In this document: in pieces, positions 59,564 through 64,000 of the stretch | How the letters are laid out: every line of letters begins with the position of its first letter | Numbering within the stretch: the first letter of the stretch is position 1 | DNA from: Hormiphora californensis | Lineage: Eukaryota; Animalia; Ctenophora | NCBI GenBank assembly: GCA_020137815.1 | Contig: CM035350.1 | Location: forward strand, 868,001 to 932,000 | DNA: 64,000 nucleotides | Direction: 5' to 3' | Program-made: the position numbers and the translations under genes | The notes under the pieces: model-generated | Database searches by the model: none | Seen by the model: the letters and a program-made list of their open reading frames with translations, nothing else | Told to the model about the DNA's origin: nothing

Positions 59564-61935
59564 TACTTACTTACTTTGGTTACTTTGAGAGTTTTAGTAG
59601 ATCCTCTAGATCCACTAGGCCATCCTTTGCATAGAACCACCCGTACGCCACCAATCAAGTAAGGAATTATTGTTTGCTGCAGTATAACCATCGATAGGTG
59701 GACGATCAGGAATTGTATCGAGGTGTCTTTGGAGTGCAGTCTTGAACGATGTTAGAGGATACGCTAATGTAACACGTGCAGGTAGAGTGTTCCATAGCTT
59801 AGGAGCCTTCACCGAGAAGCTGTTTTCGTAAAGCGTACGAGAGCGTTTAGTAGAAGTGTTACGATCAGGAGGAGGGGGATACACCGCACGGATGCCTCTT
59901 GGAGAGGTTGGATTGAACTTTATGGAGCCAGGAGCTAGGCCGTGAAGAATCTTCCAGCAATGGATAATTGAGTAACGCTCGCGGCGTCTCTGCAAGGACA
60001 TTATACCAAGGTTCGAGAGCCGATCCCAGTAGTCGGTGCCAGCTGATTCAATTTTGGAAACGAAGGAGCGCTGAACACTTTCAAGAGTCCTAATGTCTGC
60101 AAGTGTGTAAGGATCCCAGAGAGGACACACATATTCTAAGTGGCTTCTGACGAGGGTTTTGTAGAGGGTAAGCATGGTTGTCTTATCCCCGGTGTCCCAG
60201 GAGTTTATTTTGGCCGGGAATGGCCGTTTTCATGTGGCCGATTTGGCCGATTTTTTCGTTTTTGATTTTTGACCAATTAGGTTCAATTATGGCCAATTAG
60301 GGTACTTTCTTGACCCCTGAGCACTTTAATAAGTAGCTCACGTGATTCAGCGTGCAAAAATAGGTGGGTTTAGTGCCCAAGCTTGATTTTTTGATGAAAT
60401 TTCAATTTTCGGTCTTTTTGACCGAAATATTCCTGTTATTCCCCCCCTATTCCCCCTTTTTACAGGTAGATTTTGGCCGAAAAGCCGAAATATTCCTCCT
60501 CTGAGAGGAAGACTGAAAAAAGTGGGAAACAATTTGATAATAAACTTAAAATGACATAAACCGACATATTTCGATACGCTGAATCACGTGAGCTACTTAT
60601 CAAAGTGCTCAGAGGTCAAGAAAGTGTCCTAATTGGCCATAATTGAACATAATTGGTCAAAAATTGAAATTTCATGAAAAATATCAAACAATCAAGCTTG
60701 ACCACAAACCCCACTAATTTAGGTACGCTGAATCACGTGAGCTACTTTTTAAAATCCTCTTATGCCAATTAAGGGTGCTAATTGGCATAATAGGATGTTA
60801 ATTGGTGATTCTGAAGGATGTATGTCATTACCCACTATCCCCACTAATTTTGGTACGCTGAATCACGTGAGCTACTTTTTGAAGTCCTCAGATGTGAAAA
60901 AAGGGCCGAAAATCGGCCATAAGACAATTTGGCCGACGGGAATGGTATTCCCGTATTCCTCTATTTGGGACACCGGGGTCTTATCCCTGGCCCGGAAAAC
61001 ACTAAGAGCCCAGCTTGCCATCTTCTTGCCCTGGCTAGCCAGATTGGATATATGCTGAGAACCTGAAAGGCCGGAGTGAACAGTGAAACCCAGATCCTTG
61101 ACAAATTCCTTCTCCTCTAACTGGCCATCATCAGGGAGGACGTACTTCCTGAAATTTTCGATGAAAGGCAGATGACGAAGGAGTGACCGATGTTCATTGA
61201 AGGGCTCTGAGATAAGTAGATCGAATTTATTCGGGTGAAGTTTCATGTTGTTGAAAGAGGACCATGTTAAAGTAGCATCGAGGTCTTCCTGAAGATCCAG
61301 GACATCCTGCTGGCAAATGATCCTCTTGCTAAGTCGGGTATCGTCAGCAAAGCGACCAACCTTTGAATGAGATACTGCCAAATCCAGGTCGTTCACAAAA
61401 AGGATGAAAAGAATAGGAGCCAGAACGGTCCCTTGGGGAACACCGCTGATGATAGTAATAGGTCTGGAACTAGCTCCTTGGACAGTAACAGTTTGTGTTC
61501 GACCGGAAAGAAATGATGATACCCAGTCAACAATTAATGGTGGGAATCCATAAGCATGGAGCTTCTTCAGTAGAAGGTTATGGTCTATGGAATCAAAAGC
61601 TTTTTGATAGTCCAAGTAAATGGTGTCTGTAGCTACACCTTCTATAAGACCATCTATAACATCACCTAGATGGTCCAGCAGTTGTGTCAGACAACTTTTC
61701 CCACTACGGAAACCGTGCTGGTTAGGGGAAAGCAGGTTGTTATTCTCGACATAGTCAACAAAATGCTTCCTGACGACCCTTTCAAAGCATTTGACAACAT
61801 GTGACGTCAAGGAAATAGGCCGATAGTTTCCAGGGTCAGATGTGGGACCCTTCTTGTGGAGCGGTAATATAGTTGCCCGTTTGTAGAACATAGGGACTAT
61901 TCTTTCTTCAAGTGAACTTTTCCAAATCAATGATA
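59564..61935 (-). mobile_element. 5'-truncated CR1/L2-group LINE (RT and C-terminal domain)
   Basis: NYRPISLTS, QHGFR, YLDYQKAFD, GVPQGTVL, FADD, LYKTLVRSHLEY, LQRRRER; (GTAA)n tail at about 59564-59575. The frame is restored (FRARDKT|TMLTLY) when the MITE is removed. Confidence 0.92.
60188..60977. mobile_element. hAT-like MITE inserted in the LINE
   Basis: TIR CCCGGTGTCCCA/TGGGACACCGGG; 8-bp TSD GTCTTATC; internal CGCTGAATCACGTGAGCTACTT repeats. Confidence 0.85.
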
Positions 61936-64000
61936 GGGTGGGGGGGGGGGGTGTTAGTACTGGGAACTAGGGGAAGGGGTGTTAGTACTGGGAACTAGGG
62001 GAAGGGGTGTTAGTACTGGGAACTAGGGGGGGGGGGGTGTTAGTACTGGGAATTAGGGGGGAGAGAGAGGGGGTGTTAGTACTGGGAACTAGGGGGGGGG
62101 GTGTTAGTACTGGGAACTAGGGGGGGGGGTGTTAGTACTGGGAACTAGGGGGGGGGGGTGTTAGTACTGGGAACTAGGGGGAGAGGTGTTAGTACTGGGA
62201 ACTAGGGGGGAAGGGGTGTTAGTACTGGGGGGGAGAGAGAGGGGGGAGAGAGAGGGGGTGTTAGTACTGGGAACTAGGGGGGGGAAGGGGTGTTAGTACT
62301 GGGAACTAGGGGGGGGGGGGGGGGAAGGGGTGTTAGTACTGGGAACTAGGGGGGGAGGGGGTGTTAGTACATGGGAACTAGCACCTTTACTCTATCTCTC
62401 TATCTCTTTCACTATGCGGTCCATCACTCCTCCCCACCTCTCCCTACAATCACCCATCTCTAGCTCTCCCACCTCACCTCTCCCCACAATCACGTCTCTC
62501 ATCTCACCTCTCTCACATCTCACCTGTTTGATGGGGAGGAGCAGCGACTAAAGGAGGATGAAAAGGAATCTTCACTTCCGGCTGCCACTGAAATTAAGTG
62601 TTTTCAATGTTAGTGTGTACGTGCGTGTGTGAAACTGTGTGGCCAAACGAAGAGAAATCAACAATGGAATCTGAGGGGAACCGCTGAATAAATAAAATGG
62701 AGAGAATGATAGAGACAATATATATGAATACACGAGAAAGATAATAGAGTTGAGAATTGAGAGAGCGATAGATATAGAGATAGAGAGAGAGATAGAGAGA
62801 GATAGAGCAGGGAGAGGGGAACGTACTTGTTTAAGCGAACTTCCTGCTCGCGTCACATCGATCAGTGTGGAAACATTTTGCTAAAACAGGGGACATGTTA
62901 TAACCACAGAGAGTTGGAGCATCCTAAATGGCTAACAAAGATTGGGCAACGGAAGGTTGAAATCAACTTCTTTAAACAGGATAAATTGTATTTCAACCAA
63001 CAATTGGTTACCATTTATTAAATCTGTTTACAATAATTTGACACAAGTTACCAACCATGTATGTACACAGGGGCGGCTCTGCCATGCGGACGATGCGGAC
63101 GCGTCCGCATTTTTAATTTGGATCACGGAGAGAAAAAAAAATTCAAGGAAAAGGGTACAGTGTTTGTTTGTTTGTACTTGCTGCGTCTGGCGAGTGACCT
63201 GCCCGAAAGTAGCGGCGGCCGCACCGAGCACGCTTATTAGGCGCCCCAGCACGTCCACCACTCCGCCGTAGCAAGGCCACCCACCAATCAGTTTATGCAG
63301 AGCATGTTACTTCAGACGCTCCAGGAAGACCGTACAGTGTATACATTTAAAAACAAAAGCGAAAGAAACATAAGAGACATCCATATAATAAATTCCAAAA
63401 TGTTAGTCCGATAATTGTTTTCTCCCTACTCCTCCTACAGTTTTTGAGCTAGACCCCTGAAAATTTGTACACTGGTACTTTGGACCAAGGCGGGTGTAAG
63501 TACGGGCTCAGATTTTTGATCCGATCTTTACAACAGTGACGTCACGGGGTGACGTCATTGCGACAAAAAGACTTACATTTTTCAAACGCTTCTAAGACCC
63601 TGAAAACGGCTCTAAATCAAAAAACTAACGCAATAGTGGGGAAAGAGAATCGTTTGAACTTCATTTTACTTGATAGCGATTTCCCGTAACTCAATGTTTA
63701 AGGGTCGTAAATCGCGTCGGGAAAGTTAAAAATGCCAAAAATACGATATTTTTCACCATAGCCACCCAAAATCTTCTCCAATCGATATGAAACTTGGTCG
63801 GTATGTGAATTTTAATGTCCTTTGGCCAGGGGTTCCCGGAAAACGGATTGGCAAGATGAGAACTGACCGGAGTTCTTATAATTCACGAATTTGGAATTTT
63901 TCGTCGACTTTTTTTTGGCGACATAAAACGCGAACGAGAGGAAATTTTCAATGAATTTTAAAATTTTACACTGCGCGCGTAATTTTAGGTTCCGCGCGCG

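Larger units (their letters stand above)
59468..62380 (-). repeat. ~26-bp minisatellite of branch point plus acceptor (TACTAACACCCCCCCCTAGTTCCCAG on minus), split by a LINE
   Basis: Copies at 59468-59563 and 61950-62380; the last copy on the minus strand is the acceptor of an E2F exon. Confidence 0.85.

Noticed and set aside
63300-64000. Possible further non-autonomous element at the window end
   Set aside because: Looks repeat-like, but no termini or TSD can be established within the window.

Overview
Eukaryotic, gene-dense animal DNA with short GT-AG introns and many (CT)n tracts. It is most likely a ctenophore, because a near-complete copy of the ctenophore spliced leader (as I recall it) is present. 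Host genes: a PLOD-like gene with degenerate catalytic motifs (-), a coiled-coil/kinesin-14-like gene with a degenerate motor and an intronless GPCR nested in its intron (+), a tight same-strand cluster (EF1-delta, a partial second copy, XLF/NHEJ1, pyruvate kinase, TBCC, TRAIP, RPL18), an MDH1 paralog with an altered specificity loop (-) and an E2F gene (-). Transposons are heavily nested. The main observation is a full-length CRE-clade non-LTR retrotransposon (PHD-RT-CCHC-RLE, about 1,028 aa once two younger insertions are removed). It has a 14-bp TSD and a poly(A) tail, and its 5' end is the host spliced leader, only 41 nt upstream of the ATG, suggesting a promoterless retroelement propagated through SL trans-splicing. 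Other candidates: an rRNA-mimicking structure covering a 5' splice site in RPL18, tandem arrays of 3' splice sites, an LTR element with one orphan ORF and no PPT, and a Penelope hammerhead ribozyme. Several housekeeping ORFs carry single-base insertions that look like assembly errors. All family assignments come from motif recall, not database searches.
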